Source: Candidatus Omnitrophota bacterium
GTDB taxonomy: Bacteria; Omnitrophota; Gorgyraeia; S143-82
Assembly (NCBI GenBank): GCA_015494465.1
Contig: WGBD01000006.1
Span: 10,431-74,430 of the forward strand
Length of the DNA: 64,000 nucleotides
Direction of reading: 5' to 3'
How positions within the stretch are numbered: position 1 is the first letter of the stretch; the number at the start of each line of letters is the position of its first letter. This document shows, in pieces, positions 27,488 to 38,701 of the stretch. The notes beneath the pieces are model-generated. The model saw nothing but the letters and a program-made list of their open reading frames with translations. It did not search any database and was not told the DNA's origin. The position numbers and the translations under genes are program-made.

Positions 27488-28661
27488 ATGTAGGCCTGTA
27501 CCCCGTGGGTATCAGTTCCGCATCCCGACTCGGTCTCTGGAATATGTCCCGCACCGAGAGCTTACCATCCTCCTCCAAGACCACCTCGGATATCTGGGCA
27601 ATCCTCCTGCGACCGTCCTTGTACCTCTTCATGAATATCAAGACATCCACCGCCGCACCTATTATCCGCCGAATGGCCTCCGAGGATATGTTGGAGATCC
27701 CGGACAGGAAGGAAAGGGTCTCCAACCTGTAAACCGCCTCCTCAGTGGAATTGGCGTGTATAGTGCACATAGAACCCTCGTGTCCGGTGTTCATCGCCTG
27801 CAGGACATCCAGGACCTCTTCTCCCATGATCTCGCCGATGATCAACCTGTCCGGCCTCATGTGCAAGGCGTTCCTGACCAGTTGTCTCAGTGTCACCTCA
27901 CCTTTACCCTCTATATTTCCCATACGGGTGTGCAGGTGCACCACATTATCCTGATACATCCTTATCTCCGAGACCTCCTCCACCACGATAACCCGTTCGT
28001 CGTGGGGGATGCTCCGGGCAAGGGCATTCAACAGGGTGGTCTTCCCTGCACCCGCACCTCCACAGACGATGATGTTCTTTCTCCCCACCACCAGATTCTC
28101 CAGGAACTTCCTCACCGACTCGTTCATCGTCTCCATCCGCTCCAGATCCGCAAGGCTCCAGACCTTCTCCCAGAACTTCCTTATGGTGACCACCGGATAT
28201 CTTCCCGATATGGGAGGGATCACTATGTTTATGCGCGAGCCGTCCCGCAATTGGGCGTCCACATAGGGCTCCAGTTCGGTAACCATCTTCCCAACCGGGG
28301 TAAGGATCTTCTCTATGTAATACTTCAACTGCTCAGGCGTGCGGAACCTCACATTGGTCTTCTCCAGCTTCCCTGCCCGCTCGACAAAGACATCGTAAGG
28401 CCCGTTGATCATTATCTCAGTAACCAGGGGATCCGCCATTAAGGGCTCGATCGGACCGAAGCCAAGGAATTCCTGGAGGAGCTCCTTGACTATCTTATCC
28501 CCCTCTTTCTTCATCCCCCATGGCAGGAACTTTCGGCAGAGCTCCGCTATTTTCTTTTCGATCGTCTCGTCGTCGTTTACCTCAAAGAAGTCAACCGGCA
28601 AGGAATCCAGGATCTTTCTCCGGATGTCGTTCTTTATCCTATCAAATTCCTCTGGGGTCAT
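27462..28661 (-). CDS. CpaF/TadA-type secretion ATPase (type II/IV secretion NTPase family), orphan
   Basis: 399 aa. Walker [17 protein letters not shown], Asp box and Walker [10 protein letters not shown], His box TIHANS. No pilin, secretin or TadBC partners in the window. Confidence 0.8.
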   Translation of the reverse strand: MTPEEFDRIKNDIRRKILDSLPVDFFEVNDDETIEKKIAELCRKFLPWGMKKEGDKIVKELLQEFLGFGPIEPLMADPLVTEIMINGPYDVFVERAGKLEKTNVRFRTPEQLKYYIEKILTPVGKMVTELEPYVDAQLRDGSRINIVIPPISGRYPVVTIRKFWEKVWSLADLERMETMNESVRKFLENLVVGRKNIIVCGGAGAGKTTLLNALARSIPHDERVIVVEEVSEIRMYQDNVVHLHTRMGNIEGKGEVTLRQLVRNALHMRPDRLIIGEIMGEEVLDVLQAMNTGHEGSMCTIHANSTEEAVYRLETLSFLSGISNISSEAIRRIIGAAVDVLIFMKRYKDGRRRIAQISEVVLEEDGKLSVRDIFQRPSRDAELIPTGYRPTFGFAVDEE

Positions 28662-28667
28662 CGCACC

Positions 28668-29750
28668 TCACCTCCGATTCTGGTTTGGCGATATCAATTT
28701 TAACACAAGATCCACATCCACCTCAGAAACTACTACCGAGCCTATCCGTCTCACCAACACGAATCGGGCCTCTCCCTCGGAGAACTTCTTGTCCTTCTGG
28801 AGAAACCTGCCCACTCGCCTCACCCCTCCGAGTCTCGAGAGATCCACCTCGGTAGGCAATCTCCAGGCCCGTATCACATCCCTTAACCTCCTAAAGGTGG
28901 TCTCCCCACAGAGGCCCAATTCCCGCGACAGCCTCCCCGCATAAACCATACCTATAGCGACCGCCCTGCCGTGAGATATCCTGTGCCCGCTGGCGGATTC
29001 CAAGGCGTGGGCAAAGGTATGACCGAAGTTCAGGATAAAACGCAATCCCCTGGTCTCCCTCTCGTCCCGGGAGACGACATCCGCCTTTATCTTAGCGCAG
29101 GAATAGACGAAGTACTCCCAGTCCAGGTCTTTATAGTCCCCGGCCCGCTCCTCCAGATAGGAAAACAGACGCGGGGAGCGTATCACCCCGTACTTTATGC
29201 CCTCAGCAATCCCCTCCTTTACCTGCTCCTCGGGAAGGGTCCTCAGGAACCTGGTATCTATGACCACCTCACAGGGTTGATGGTATACCCCAACCAGATT
29301 CTTCCCGCTGGTGAGATTTATAGCGGTTTTTCCCCCAATGGAAGAATCTATCTGGGCCAGGAGACTGGTCGGCACCTGTATTATCGGCACGCCCCTGCGA
29401 TAGGTCCCAGCAAGGAATCCCGCCAGATCACCCACCACCCCTCCACCTATGGCGATAATCACCACCGATCGCCGGGCGCTGTCCAAGGAAGATACCTCTT
29501 CCACCAGTCGGGTAAATACCTTTACATCCTTGGCCCGCTCTGAATCCGGCACGGTTAACAGGCGGGCGGAGATGCGATCCACCAACCTGTTGATCTCTTT
29601 CCCCCACAATCTGAGTACAGTGGGGTTGGTTACGATCACTGGAAGTCGACCGGAAAACCTCTTATATGCCTCCACCACCTTGGAGGGGAAGGTGCCGGAT
29701 CCCACGACTATCCTGTAAGGAGAAGATGTCCTTACCTCTATCGTCTTCAC
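28668..29750 (-). CDS. aroB: 3-dehydroquinate synthase
   Basis: 360 aa. NAD-binding GGGVVGDLAGFLAGTYRRG, metal-binding His residues in HGHTFAHALE. Confidence 0.9.
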   Translation of the reverse strand: MKTIEVRTSSPYRIVVGSGTFPSKVVEAYKRFSGRLPVIVTNPTVLRLWGKEINRLVDRISARLLTVPDSERAKDVKVFTRLVEEVSSLDSARRSVVIIAIGGGVVGDLAGFLAGTYRRGVPIIQVPTSLLAQIDSSIGGKTAINLTSGKNLVGVYHQPCEVVIDTRFLRTLPEEQVKEGIAEGIKYGVIRSPRLFSYLEERAGDYKDLDWEYFVYSCAKIKADVVSRDERETRGLRFILNFGHTFAHALESASGHRISHGRAVAIGMVYAGRLSRELGLCGETTFRRLRDVIRAWRLPTEVDLSRLGGVRRVGRFLQKDKKFSEGEARFVLVRRIGSVVVSEVDVDLVLKLISPNQNRR

Positions 29751-31078
29751 CGCGACCTCTCCGTCCTGACCGGCCAGACCTCTTCCAGTTTCAGGTCCTT
29801 CTTAAAGGGACATATCACATTCGCAAATCCTACCCTCTTTGCCTCTCTTATCCTCTGCTCCAGTCGAGAGACCGGCCTTATCTCTCCGGTTAGGCCTATC
29901 TCCCCTATCGCCACCGTGCGGGGAGGGAGGGGTTCTCCCTTTAACGACGACAACATCGCCAACGCCACCGCCAGATCCAACCCGGGATCTTTTATCCTTA
30001 TCCCGCCCATCACGCTAACGAAGACATCGTATTCGTAAAATCTGTAGTTCAACCGCCTCTCCAGGACCGCCAAAATGAGCGATAACCTGTTGGGATCTAT
30101 CCCCTGCGACCTGCGCATAGGCACGCCGAAGCCCGAGGTCGGGGTGACTAGGGCCTGAACCTCCACCAGAAACGGGCGGGCTCCCTCCACTACCGCCCCT
30201 ATCGCAACGCCTGACTCCCCGGGATTATAGTGGGAGACGAAAAACTCCGAGGGATTTGGCACCTCCCTTAGGCCCATCCCCGTCATCTCGAAGACCGCCA
30301 ACTCCCCCGCAGGGCCGAACCGGTTCTTGACACTCCTCAATATTCTGAAGTCCTCGTACCTGTCACCCTCAAAGTACAGGACTACATCCACGAGGTGCTC
30401 CAGAGTGCGTGGACCCGCCAAAACTCCTTCCTTGGTAACATGGCCGATGATCAAAACCGTCTTTCCCTCTTCTTTGGCGTATCTGGTGAGCCTGCTTGCG
30501 CACTCCCGCACCTGAGAGACGCTACCCGGGGCAGACTGTACCTCGGGCAGATAGACCGTCTGGATGGAATCCAATATCACCACATCCGGATTGACCCCTC
30601 TTGTCCCGCTGAGGATGGCCTCCAGATCGGTCTCTGACAGGAGAAAAAGGTCCTCGTCGAGGGCGGACATCCTCTCCGCCCGGAGGCGTATCTGTGCGGG
30701 CGATTCCTCCCCACTGGCATACAAGACCCGCCGGCCACTCTTCGCCAGGGCCTTGCCTATCTGTAGGGAAAGCGTGGACTTTCCTATCCCCGGCTCTCCA
30801 CCCAGAAGGACCACCGAACCAATCACCAGACCGCCACCGAGAACTTCGTCCAACGAAGAGATCCCCGTAGAGACCCTCAATCCCTCGGAGGTCTCTACCT
30901 CAGTGATGGGGCGGGGACGGGCCGGTCGGGATTGGACAGCACCTATGCGGGCAGAAGGGACCACCAACTCCTCCGCGAAGCTGTTCCAGGCACCACAGCC
31001 TGGGCACTTGCCCAGCCACCTTATCGACCTGTATCCGCACTCCTGACAGACGAAGGCGGTCTTGGCAGTAGGCATCAC
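29747..31078 (-). CDS. radA: DNA repair protein RadA/Sms
   Basis: 443 aa. N-terminal zinc finger CQECGYRSIRWLGKCPGCGAW, Walker A GGEPGIGKST, KNRFG motif, Lon-like C-terminal domain. Confidence 0.92.
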   Translation of the reverse strand: MMPTAKTAFVCQECGYRSIRWLGKCPGCGAWNSFAEELVVPSARIGAVQSRPARPRPITEVETSEGLRVSTGISSLDEVLGGGLVIGSVVLLGGEPGIGKSTLSLQIGKALAKSGRRVLYASGEESPAQIRLRAERMSALDEDLFLLSETDLEAILSGTRGVNPDVVILDSIQTVYLPEVQSAPGSVSQVRECASRLTRYAKEEGKTVLIIGHVTKEGVLAGPRTLEHLVDVVLYFEGDRYEDFRILRSVKNRFGPAGELAVFEMTGMGLREVPNPSEFFVSHYNPGESGVAIGAVVEGARPFLVEVQALVTPTSGFGVPMRRSQGIDPNRLSLILAVLERRLNYRFYEYDVFVSVMGGIRIKDPGLDLAVALAMLSSLKGEPLPPRTVAIGEIGLTGEIRPVSRLEQRIREAKRVGFANVICPFKKDLKLEEVWPVRTERSR

Positions 31079-31869
31079 CTCTTCCTCTTCTTTGGACTGC
31101 GTTCACGGGTCCTGATGAACAACTTCCACGGATGCCTACGGATGTCGTCCATCAGGGCATTGAGTTTACGGTTGAGGTCGTAAGCGGTAATCTCGAGCAG
31201 GATGTACAGGGTATCGTCGTAAATGAACTTGCCGAGGCTACCCTCACCGCTCTTTACCGCAGAGAGTATCTCCTGCACATCCTTCAGGGTCCTGCTCAAT
31301 TCCTCCGAGGCCTGCCCGAAGTTCTCCACCGAATCCTTGACCGTCGCTATAAGCTGTTTATCACCTATGAGCTCGTTAAAGGTGGCAAGTCCTTTGCGTA
31401 TCTCCCGGGCGATCCCCTTGCCCTCCTCTATCAGGTCCTGCAGGTCCGTCTCCTTTTGGCCGTAGAGGATGTCCCCAGGATGGACCATACGGTCGTAGTT
31501 GATACCTGGGGTTATCTCTACTCCCTTGTCTCCCAACAGGCCAATGGATATTATCTCCACTTTGGAGTCCACCGGAAAGTGCACATCCGAATCTATGTAG
31601 GCGTAAACCTCCACCTGCGAGGTCTTCTTCTCGGTATCGTAGACGACCTTTACCTCCTTTACCGTTCCCACATTCACCCCTGCCAGACGGACCGGAGAGC
31701 CTATCTTCAACCCGCTCACATTAGGGAATACGAACTCCACATAGTAGCCCTTGTTAAACCAGGAGACATCCCCTGCCTTTAGCACGAACAAGGCAAGCAG
31801 GAATATCCCCAGAAATACGAACGCCCCAACCCGCACCTCAACGCTCTTGGACATACACCCTCCCCTCAA
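31075..31869 (-). CDS. mlaD: MlaD (MCE-domain) phospholipid transport periplasmic component
   Basis: N-terminal TM anchor followed by an MCE domain (VEFVFPNVSGLKIGSPVRLAGVNVGTVKEV). Confidence 0.8.
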   Translation of the reverse strand: MRGGCMSKSVEVRVGAFVFLGIFLLALFVLKAGDVSWFNKGYYVEFVFPNVSGLKIGSPVRLAGVNVGTVKEVKVVYDTEKKTSQVEVYAYIDSDVHFPVDSKVEIISIGLLGDKGVEITPGINYDRMVHPGDILYGQKETDLQDLIEEGKGIAREIRKGLATFNELIGDKQLIATVKDSVENFGQASEELSRTLKDVQEILSAVKSGEGSLGKFIYDDTLYILLEITAYDLNRKLNALMDDIRRHPWKLFIRTRERSPKKRKR

Positions 31870-32603
31870 TCGTAAAATGCCGAGATAAACCTCTTCACCA
31901 CCGGATCGTCGCTGTTGCGCACCTCGTCAGGTCCCCCATCGATTATAAACCGGCCCTCGTGGAGCATGCAAATCCTATCCCCTATCTTGAAGGCGCTGTG
32001 GAGGTCGTGGGTGACCACGATGGCACTCTTGCCCTGAGACTTCAACTTCAAGACCAATTCGTCCATCGCCTTCGCCCGTATGGGATCGAGCCCGGCAGTG
32101 GGCTCGTCGTAGAGCATGAGCTCCGGCTCGTACACCAAGGCCCGGGCGACTGCAACCCGTTTGCGCATCCCCCCGGACAGCTCTGACGGCATCTTCTCCC
32201 CGGCATCCGGTAGGCCAACCAACTCCAAGGCCTCTTTCACCCGCCTTCGGACCTCATCCTCAGGCAGGGCGTACTTCTCCCGCAGGGCAAAGGCGACATT
32301 TTCCTCCACGGTCAAGAAGTCGAACAGGGCCCCGGACTGAAATACCATCCCCATGCGCAGTCTCAAACGATTTTTCTCCCTCTCGCTCACCCCGGACATA
32401 GGCCTACCGAAGACGAGGACCTGCCCCTCGTCAGGCTCCATAAGGCCGACTATGTGCTTGAGGGTAACGCTCTTACCTATCCCCGAACAGCCGATTATCA
32501 CCAAGGTCTGGCCCTTCTCCAGGACCAGATCCACCCCGTCAAGGACCTTGCGACCGTGGAAGGCCTTGCTGACCGATCTTAGTTCCACTATCTTCTCGCC
32601 CAT
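31866..32603 (-). CDS. mlaF: MlaF ABC transporter ATP-binding protein
   Basis: 245 aa. Walker A GCSGIGKSV, ABC signature LSGGMRKRVAVARAL, Walker B LMLYDEP. Confidence 0.88.
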   Translation of the reverse strand: MGEKIVELRSVSKAFHGRKVLDGVDLVLEKGQTLVIIGCSGIGKSVTLKHIVGLMEPDEGQVLVFGRPMSGVSEREKNRLRLRMGMVFQSGALFDFLTVEENVAFALREKYALPEDEVRRRVKEALELVGLPDAGEKMPSELSGGMRKRVAVARALVYEPELMLYDEPTAGLDPIRAKAMDELVLKLKSQGKSAIVVTHDLHSAFKIGDRICMLHEGRFIIDGGPDEVRNSDDPVVKRFISAFYD

Positions 32604-32613
32604 CTCCGGAGCA

Positions 32614-33381
32614 TCAGAATATAAAGTAAAACAGACTGCTCAAGACCCAATCTGCACCAATTATCGCCACGAAGGAGTTCACCACCGAACGCATGGTCGC
32701 AGAGCCGACCCCCTCTGCCCCCCCTTCGGTTATCAGCCCCTCGTGGCAACTTATCATGGATATTATCACCGCGAAGACGACCGACTTGGTAATCGTTATA
32801 ACGATGTCCTTGAGCATAATGGACTCAAATGCGTTCATCAGGTACAGATTGGCAGGGATGGATAGGTTAAACACGCACACATAATACCCACCCATAATCC
32901 CCAACAGATTGGCGATCATCACCAATACCGGAAGGGATATCAGAAAGGCAAGGAACCGCGGGACCACCAGATACTTCACCGGATTCACCGCCAGGGCCCG
33001 CAGGGCGTCTATCTGCTCGGTTATCTTCATGCTCCCGATCTCGGCGGTGACCGCCCCACCCGCCCTGCCCGCCACTATTAAGGCGGTCAACACCGGTCCC
33101 AATTCCCTCACCAGAGACAGGGCAACCAAGGAAGCGATGTACATCTCCGCAGAGACCTTCTCCATCTGATAGGCGGTTTGGATGGCCATAATCATCCCGG
33201 TAAAGAGGGCAACCAGTGAGGCGATGCCAAGGCTGTCTATACCAATACGGACTACCTGTCTGAGGGTATGATTGGCTCTATAGGGAGGGACAAAGGCCCA
33301 GAGAACGGTTTGAGAGAAAAGGATAACCAGTCCCCCGAGATACTCAAACCACGATGAGATCAGATTAAGAAGCCTGCTCAA
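32614..33381 (-). CDS. mlaE: MlaE ABC transporter permease
   Basis: 255 aa polytopic membrane protein co-located with mlaF/mlaD. MlaE-type EITAMKVTEQIDAL-like segment ([12 protein letters not shown]). Confidence 0.85.
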   Translation of the reverse strand: MSRLLNLISSWFEYLGGLVILFSQTVLWAFVPPYRANHTLRQVVRIGIDSLGIASLVALFTGMIMAIQTAYQMEKVSAEMYIASLVALSLVRELGPVLTALIVAGRAGGAVTAEIGSMKITEQIDALRALAVNPVKYLVVPRFLAFLISLPVLVMIANLLGIMGGYYVCVFNLSIPANLYLMNAFESIMLKDIVITITKSVVFAVIISMISCHEGLITEGGAEGVGSATMRSVVNSFVAIIGADWVLSSLFYFIF

Positions 33382-35842
33382 CCCTCTCCACTTTGTCCTC
33401 GCTAACGGGGAGGAAGGTCAACTCCTCCTTGTCCGGCTCCCGCACCAAACGGACCTTCTTTTTATCCCTAAATGTGCCCTTGATTATCTCTTCCGCAAGG
33501 GGATCTTCGACATACCTCTGGATGGTCCTCTTGAGAGGCCGTGCGCCGTAAACCGGATCGAAGCCCTTCTCTATCAGGAAGTCCAACGCGGAGCGGTCCA
33601 GCTCCAACTCTATCCCGTGCTCCTTCACCCGTTTGAGGACCTCACCTATCTCTATGTAGACGATCTTCTCCAGATCCTCCCGATTGAGAGGTCTGAAGAC
33701 GATTATCTCGTCTATACGATTGATGAACTCCGGTTTGAAGACCTTCTTCACCTCGCTAAGCAACTTCTCCTTTATCTCCTGATAGGTGTACTCCTCTTTG
33801 GGCACATGAAACCCAAGCGAGCCCTGTTTCCTCAACAACTCCGCCCCCACATTGGAGGTCATTATCAGGATGGTATTCCTGAAGTCCACCCTCCGTCCGT
33901 AACTGTCGGTAAGCCTGCCGTCCTCTAAGACCTGCAGGAGGAGGTTAAAGACATCGGGATGGGCCTTCTCTATCTCGTCCAGCAGGACCACCGAGTATGG
34001 GCGCCTGCGCACCTTCTCGGTCAACTGGCCTCCTTCCTCGTAGCCCACATATCCCGGAGGAGCTCCCACCAGTCGGGAGACATTGAACTTCTCCATGTAC
34101 TCGGACATGTCTATCTGTATCAGGGCATCCTCGTCGCCAAACATAAACTCCGCCAAGGCACGGGCCAGCAGGGTCTTGCCGACCCCCGTGGGACCCAAGA
34201 AGATGAACGAACCAATGGGCCTGCGGGGATCCTTTATCCCTGCCCTGGACCTGCGCACCGCCCGGGCAATTGCGGATATCGCCTCGTCCTGACCGACTAC
34301 CCGTTTCTTGAGTTCCTCCTCTATCCTCAGGAGCTTCTCGCTCTCGCTCTCCTCGAGCCTCGTAAGGGGTATCCCGGTCCACTGGGACACCACCTGAGCG
34401 ATGTCCTCGGCAGTGACCTCCACTATGGACTCCGCCCGCTTCTCCTCCCACTGCTTGCGGGCCTCTTCCAGCCTCCTGCGGGCCTCCTTCTCCATGTCCC
34501 GCACCTTCGCTGCCTCTTCAAAGTTTTGCTGGGAGATCAGCTCCTCCTTCTGGGCCTTCAGCCTCTCGACCTCCTTCTCCAGTTCAACTATCTCCTCAGG
34601 AACGGTCATAACCGACAACTTCGCCTTGGCCCCAGCCTCGTCTATAAGATCTATCGCCTTGTCCGGCAGGGCTCTTCCGGTGATGTACTTGTCGGAAAGG
34701 GTCGCCGCTGCCACCAGCGCCTCGTCGGTGTACTTTATGCGGTGGTGCTCCTCGTACTTGCTCCTCAGACCCTTCAATATCTCCACCGTCTCTTCCACCG
34801 AAGGGGGCTCTACGATTATCGTTTGGAATCTGCGCTCTAACGCTGCGTCCTTTTCTATGTACTTCCTGTACTCGTCAAAGGTGGTAGCACCGATGCACTG
34901 TATCTCTCCCCGGGCAAGCGCCGGCTTTAGAATGTTGGAGGCATCGATGGCACCCTCTGCTGCGCCTGCCCCAACGAGGGTGTGCAACTCGTCTATGAAG
35001 ATGATGATGTTCTCCGAGCGCCTTATCTCGTCCATCACCGCCTTGATGCGCTCCTCAAACTGACCGCGGTACTTGGTCCCTGCCACCATCAGGGCAAGGT
35101 CCAGAACTATTATCCGCTTGTTGTGGAGGACCTCTGGGACATTACCTTCCACTATCCTCTGGGCAAGACCCTCAACTATTGCGGTCTTACCCACGCCCGC
35201 CTCACCCAACAAGACCGGGTTGTTCTTGGTCCTGCGGGAGAGAATCTGTATCACCCGCTCTATCTCCTTCTTCCTGCCTATCACCGGGTCGAGTTTGCCT
35301 TCTCTTGCCAGCTGGGTAAGGTCCCGCCCGAAGGCATCCAAGGCAGGGGTCTTGGACTTCTGCTGTCCCCCGGCCTGCTGTTCCCCGGTGGAAGGCCCGG
35401 GGATACCTGCACCCAACAGGTTCATTATCTCCATCCGCACCCGATCGATGTCCAATCCAAAGCCCTGCAGGACCTGGGCAGCGACCCCTTCTCCCTCACG
35501 CATAAGACCAAGGAGAAGGTGTTCGGTGCCGATGTAGTTGTGCCCCATCGCCCGGGCCTCTTCTCCCGCCAATTCCAGCGCCTTCTTGGCCCGGGGCGTA
35601 AAGGGGATGTCTCCTCCCTTGCCGACATCTACGCCGGGCTCTATCAATTTTTCTATCTCCCTGCGCACCTTCTCAAAGCTGACATCCAGCCTGCGCAGGA
35701 CCGCTGCAGCAACCCCCTCGCCCTCCTTCAATATCCCCAAAAGGAGGTGTTCGGTGGCTATGTAATCGTGGTGGAGGCGCCTGGCCTCCTCCTTGGCCAG
35801 GATTATCACCTTTCTGGCCCGTTCAGTAAATCTATTAAACAT
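33365..35842 (-). CDS. clpC: ATP-dependent Clp protease ATP-binding subunit ClpC
   Basis: 825 aa. Duplicated Clp_N repeats, two AAA+ modules ([15 protein letters not shown]; [15 protein letters not shown]), UVR-like coiled-coil linker. Confidence 0.92.
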   Translation of the reverse strand: MFNRFTERARKVIILAKEEARRLHHDYIATEHLLLGILKEGEGVAAAVLRRLDVSFEKVRREIEKLIEPGVDVGKGGDIPFTPRAKKALELAGEEARAMGHNYIGTEHLLLGLMREGEGVAAQVLQGFGLDIDRVRMEIMNLLGAGIPGPSTGEQQAGGQQKSKTPALDAFGRDLTQLAREGKLDPVIGRKKEIERVIQILSRRTKNNPVLLGEAGVGKTAIVEGLAQRIVEGNVPEVLHNKRIIVLDLALMVAGTKYRGQFEERIKAVMDEIRRSENIIIFIDELHTLVGAGAAEGAIDASNILKPALARGEIQCIGATTFDEYRKYIEKDAALERRFQTIIVEPPSVEETVEILKGLRSKYEEHHRIKYTDEALVAAATLSDKYITGRALPDKAIDLIDEAGAKAKLSVMTVPEEIVELEKEVERLKAQKEELISQQNFEEAAKVRDMEKEARRRLEEARKQWEEKRAESIVEVTAEDIAQVVSQWTGIPLTRLEESESEKLLRIEEELKKRVVGQDEAISAIARAVRRSRAGIKDPRRPIGSFIFLGPTGVGKTLLARALAEFMFGDEDALIQIDMSEYMEKFNVSRLVGAPPGYVGYEEGGQLTEKVRRRPYSVVLLDEIEKAHPDVFNLLLQVLEDGRLTDSYGRRVDFRNTILIMTSNVGAELLRKQGSLGFHVPKEEYTYQEIKEKLLSEVKKVFKPEFINRIDEIIVFRPLNREDLEKIVYIEIGEVLKRVKEHGIELELDRSALDFLIEKGFDPVYGARPLKRTIQRYVEDPLAEEIIKGTFRDKKKVRLVREPDKEELTFLPVSEDKVERVEQAS

Positions 35843-36956
35843 TTCCTCTCTCCTCCTGATCCATGTCCGGTTTGATAAAGGTCTGATTCAACCTGTTGCG
35901 AAGGATGTTGGCCCTCTTGATGTCCCTCTGACGGGAAGAAAGCCTCCTTCCGCTTATCTTCTGCAGGTGTGCCGGTTGAATTATTATAAACAAATCGTTT
36001 ATCAATTTCAATTGGACCTCTTTTATTAGGCCCAGATCTATCCCCAGGCGCACCATAGACAGGTACTCCAAGGCCTCCGCACTGTTCATTATCCGGGCGT
36101 TCTTCAACAGGCCGTAGGCCCTCCATATCCTGTCCTCGAGCATTATCCTCGAGGTGCGAATTAACTTTTCCCTTGCGGTCTCCTCCTGCCCGATTATCTG
36201 CTTGGCGATACGGTTGATGTTGCCCAACAACTCGGCCTCAGAATATCCGAGGCAGGACTGATTGGATATCTGAAAGATGTTGCCGAAGGCCTGCGTTCCC
36301 TCCCCGTAAAGCCCTCGGGCGGTGAAGTTGAGCTGGCTTATCGTCTGCAGGACGCGGTTTATCTGCTTGGTAATCACCAAGGCGGGCAGGTGCATCATCA
36401 AAGATCCGCGCATGGCGGTACCGGTGTTGGTGGGACAGGCGGTCAGATACCCCAACTCAGGAGAGAAGGCGAACTCCAGGTGCTCGGACAGTTCCTCGTC
36501 CATCAGGTTTATCTCGTCCCAGGCCTGCTCCAGATCAAAACCCGCCACCAGCACCTGCATCCGGAGGTGATCCTCCTCGTTTACCATTATGGAAACGCCT
36601 TCGTCCGGGGTGATGGCCACCCCCTTCCCCAGCCCGTCCACGGTGTGCTCGTAACTTATGAGGTGCCTCTCCACCAGAAACTGCCTATCCACAGGGGCAA
36701 TCGACTCCATGTCGATGAACCAGCGATCGCGAAAACGATCCAGTCTCTCCAGTGCGGAATATATCTTCTCCCGCGCCTCTACCAGATCCTTGTCCTGGGC
36801 CCGGTGGGGAAACGGGTAGTTTGAAAGGTTCCTTGCCAGCCTTATCCGACTGGATATCACTATGTCCGATCTAGGCCCCGGGGCCAGCCACCTGCTCTGG
36901 TGGTGCAGGAGGTAGTCTATTATGTCCTTTGGATCCACCCTCGGTTCCAGATTCAT
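35835..36956 (-). CDS. mcsB: protein arginine kinase McsB
   Basis: 373 aa. Phosphagen-kinase fold (CPTNTGT active-site region, GTAMRGS); immediately upstream of clpC. Confidence 0.85.
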   Translation of the reverse strand: MNLEPRVDPKDIIDYLLHHQSRWLAPGPRSDIVISSRIRLARNLSNYPFPHRAQDKDLVEAREKIYSALERLDRFRDRWFIDMESIAPVDRQFLVERHLISYEHTVDGLGKGVAITPDEGVSIMVNEEDHLRMQVLVAGFDLEQAWDEINLMDEELSEHLEFAFSPELGYLTACPTNTGTAMRGSLMMHLPALVITKQINRVLQTISQLNFTARGLYGEGTQAFGNIFQISNQSCLGYSEAELLGNINRIAKQIIGQEETAREKLIRTSRIMLEDRIWRAYGLLKNARIMNSAEALEYLSMVRLGIDLGLIKEVQLKLINDLFIIIQPAHLQKISGRRLSSRQRDIKRANILRNRLNQTFIKPDMDQEERGNV

Positions 36957-37471
36957 CCCTCTCCCCCCGATGCCTCCTGGGCCTCAAGGGCCTTTATCTC
37001 GTCCCGCAGACGGGCTGCCTCCTCAAAGGCCTCGGATTCTATGGCCTTCTGGAGCTCCTTGCGCAGTTCCACCAAACGCATCCTCCTCTGCACGGACTGC
37101 GCCACCTTCCTGGGATGCTTGCCCGTGTGCTGACTGGAGCCGTGGATGTTCTTTAACAACGGGACCAGGTAGTCCTTGAAGGCCTCGTAGCACTCACTGC
37201 ACCCCAATCTGCCCATCTTCCTGAACTCCCGATAAGAAAGCCCGCACCCGGGACATACGAGCTCCTCGGTCTTCTCCGCCCCGCCGGACTTCTTCTCCGG
37301 AGCGATACCGCCCAGAAAGACTTGAAACCCTATCGGCACCTGCATCTGGGAGGCCTTTTCCTGAGCACAGCTCTCGCAGAGGTGCATCTCCACCACCTGA
37401 CCGTTGACTATCTCGGTCAGATGGACGGTTGCCTCGTTTTTATTGCATATGTCGCAAAGCATAACTATCAC
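36953..37471 (-). CDS. mcsA: McsA (zinc-finger plus UVR domain activator of McsB)
   Basis: 172 aa. Paired CxxC zinc fingers (CDICNKNEA...CESCAQ; CPGCG...CSECY) and a C-terminal UVR-like helix (ELQKAIESEAFEEAARLRDEIKALE). Confidence 0.85.
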   Translation of the reverse strand: MIVMLCDICNKNEATVHLTEIVNGQVVEMHLCESCAQEKASQMQVPIGFQVFLGGIAPEKKSGGAEKTEELVCPGCGLSYREFRKMGRLGCSECYEAFKDYLVPLLKNIHGSSQHTGKHPRKVAQSVQRRMRLVELRKELQKAIESEAFEEAARLRDEIKALEAQEASGGEG

Positions 37472-37522
37472 CCACCTGTCCGAACCCGGGAATCCCGATG
37501 AGACCTTTTTCCATTATACCAC

Positions 37523-38701
37523 CTATACCAGGCGATAGAACCTCTTCTTGCCTACCTTAAGGATGCCTTTGTCCCGAGAGGAAAGGCGATAAAAGGGATC
37601 GGTAATCTTCCTCCCTTCTATCTGGACGCCTCCTTGGCTTATCAGCCTGCGCCCCGCATTCTTGCTCTCCACCAACCCGTGCTTCACCAAGAACTCCAGT
37701 ATAGGCACCTCTTCCAGAGACAACTCCGGGGCGGAACTCGGGGCCTCTTTCTTGGAGAAGACCCGCTCGAACTCCTCCCTTTCCCGATTCGCCGCCTCCT
37801 CCCCGTGGAACCTGCGCACCATCAACCAGGCCAGTCTCAACTTGGCATCCCTGGGGTGCATCCTCTTTACCTCGTCTATGTCCTCGTCGGTGAGCAATTC
37901 GTAGTAGCGGTACATCAACTCGTCGGATATAGACATCAACTTCCCGAACATCTCCTTGGGAGGTTCGTTCACCCCCACATAATTGCCCAACGACTTGGAC
38001 ATCTTCTGCTTGCCGTCCAGACCCTCCAGAAGGGGCAGGGTGATTATCACCTGAGGCTCCTGACCGAAGGCCTCCTGCATTGCCCTTCCGACCAGGAGGT
38101 TGAACTTCTGATCGGTCCCGCCGAGCTCCACATCCGCCCTCACCATAACCGAGTCGTACCCCTGGATGAGGGGATACAAGAGCTCCAATACCGTGATCGG
38201 CAGACCCTCTTTGTAGCGCTTGGAGAAGTCGTCCCTCTCCAGGAGCCTTGCCACCGTGTAGTTCATCGCTATCTTGGAGAATTCACTCAGGGTCATCTTT
38301 TCGTACCACTGGCTGTTGAAGAGCATCTCCGTCTTATCGGGATCCAGTATCTTGAAGGCCTGCTCGGTATAGGTGCGGGCGTTTCTTTCTACCTCTTCGG
38401 CAGACAAGGGCTTACGCATCTCGTTCCTCCCGGTGGGATCGCCGATGCGGGCAGTGAAGTCACCTATGAGAAAGACCACCGTGTGTCCCAGATCCTGAAA
38501 CTGCCTCAACTTCTGGAGGAGGACCGTATGGCCCAAGTGAATGTCTTCCGCGGTCGGATCAAATCCCGCCTTTATCCGAAGGGGGCGACCTTCGGACAAC
38601 TTCTTCCTCAACTGATCCTCGGGGATTATCTCGACGACACCCCTCTTTATGATCTCTATCTGCTCATCTACCGGTCTCACCTTGGGCCCCCTGTACGGCA
38701 A
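37523..38701 (-). CDS. tyrS: tyrosyl-tRNA synthetase
   Basis: 392 aa. HIGH-type [13 protein letters not shown] motif, C-terminal S4-like domain. Confidence 0.92.
   Translation of the reverse strand: MPYRGPKVRPVDEQIEIIKRGVVEIIPEDQLRKKLSEGRPLRIKAGFDPTAEDIHLGHTVLLQKLRQFQDLGHTVVFLIGDFTARIGDPTGRNEMRKPLSAEEVERNARTYTEQAFKILDPDKTEMLFNSQWYEKMTLSEFSKIAMNYTVARLLERDDFSKRYKEGLPITVLELLYPLIQGYDSVMVRADVELGGTDQKFNLLVGRAMQEAFGQEPQVIITLPLLEGLDGKQKMSKSLGNYVGVNEPPKEMFGKLMSISDELMYRYYELLTDEDIDEVKRMHPRDAKLRLAWLMVRRFHGEEAANREREEFERVFSKKEAPSSAPELSLEEVPILEFLVKHGLVESKNAGRRLISQGGVQIEGRKITDPFYRLSSRDKGILKVGKKRFYRLV

Noticed and set aside
37472-37522. Searched for a CtsR operator or CIRCE element upstream of mcsA-mcsB-clpC
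   Set aside because: Only a -10-like GGTATAATGG and a short CCCGGGAATCCCG near-palindrome are present. There is no GGTCAAA-NAN-GGTCAAA or TTAGCACTC-N9-GAGTGCTAA.
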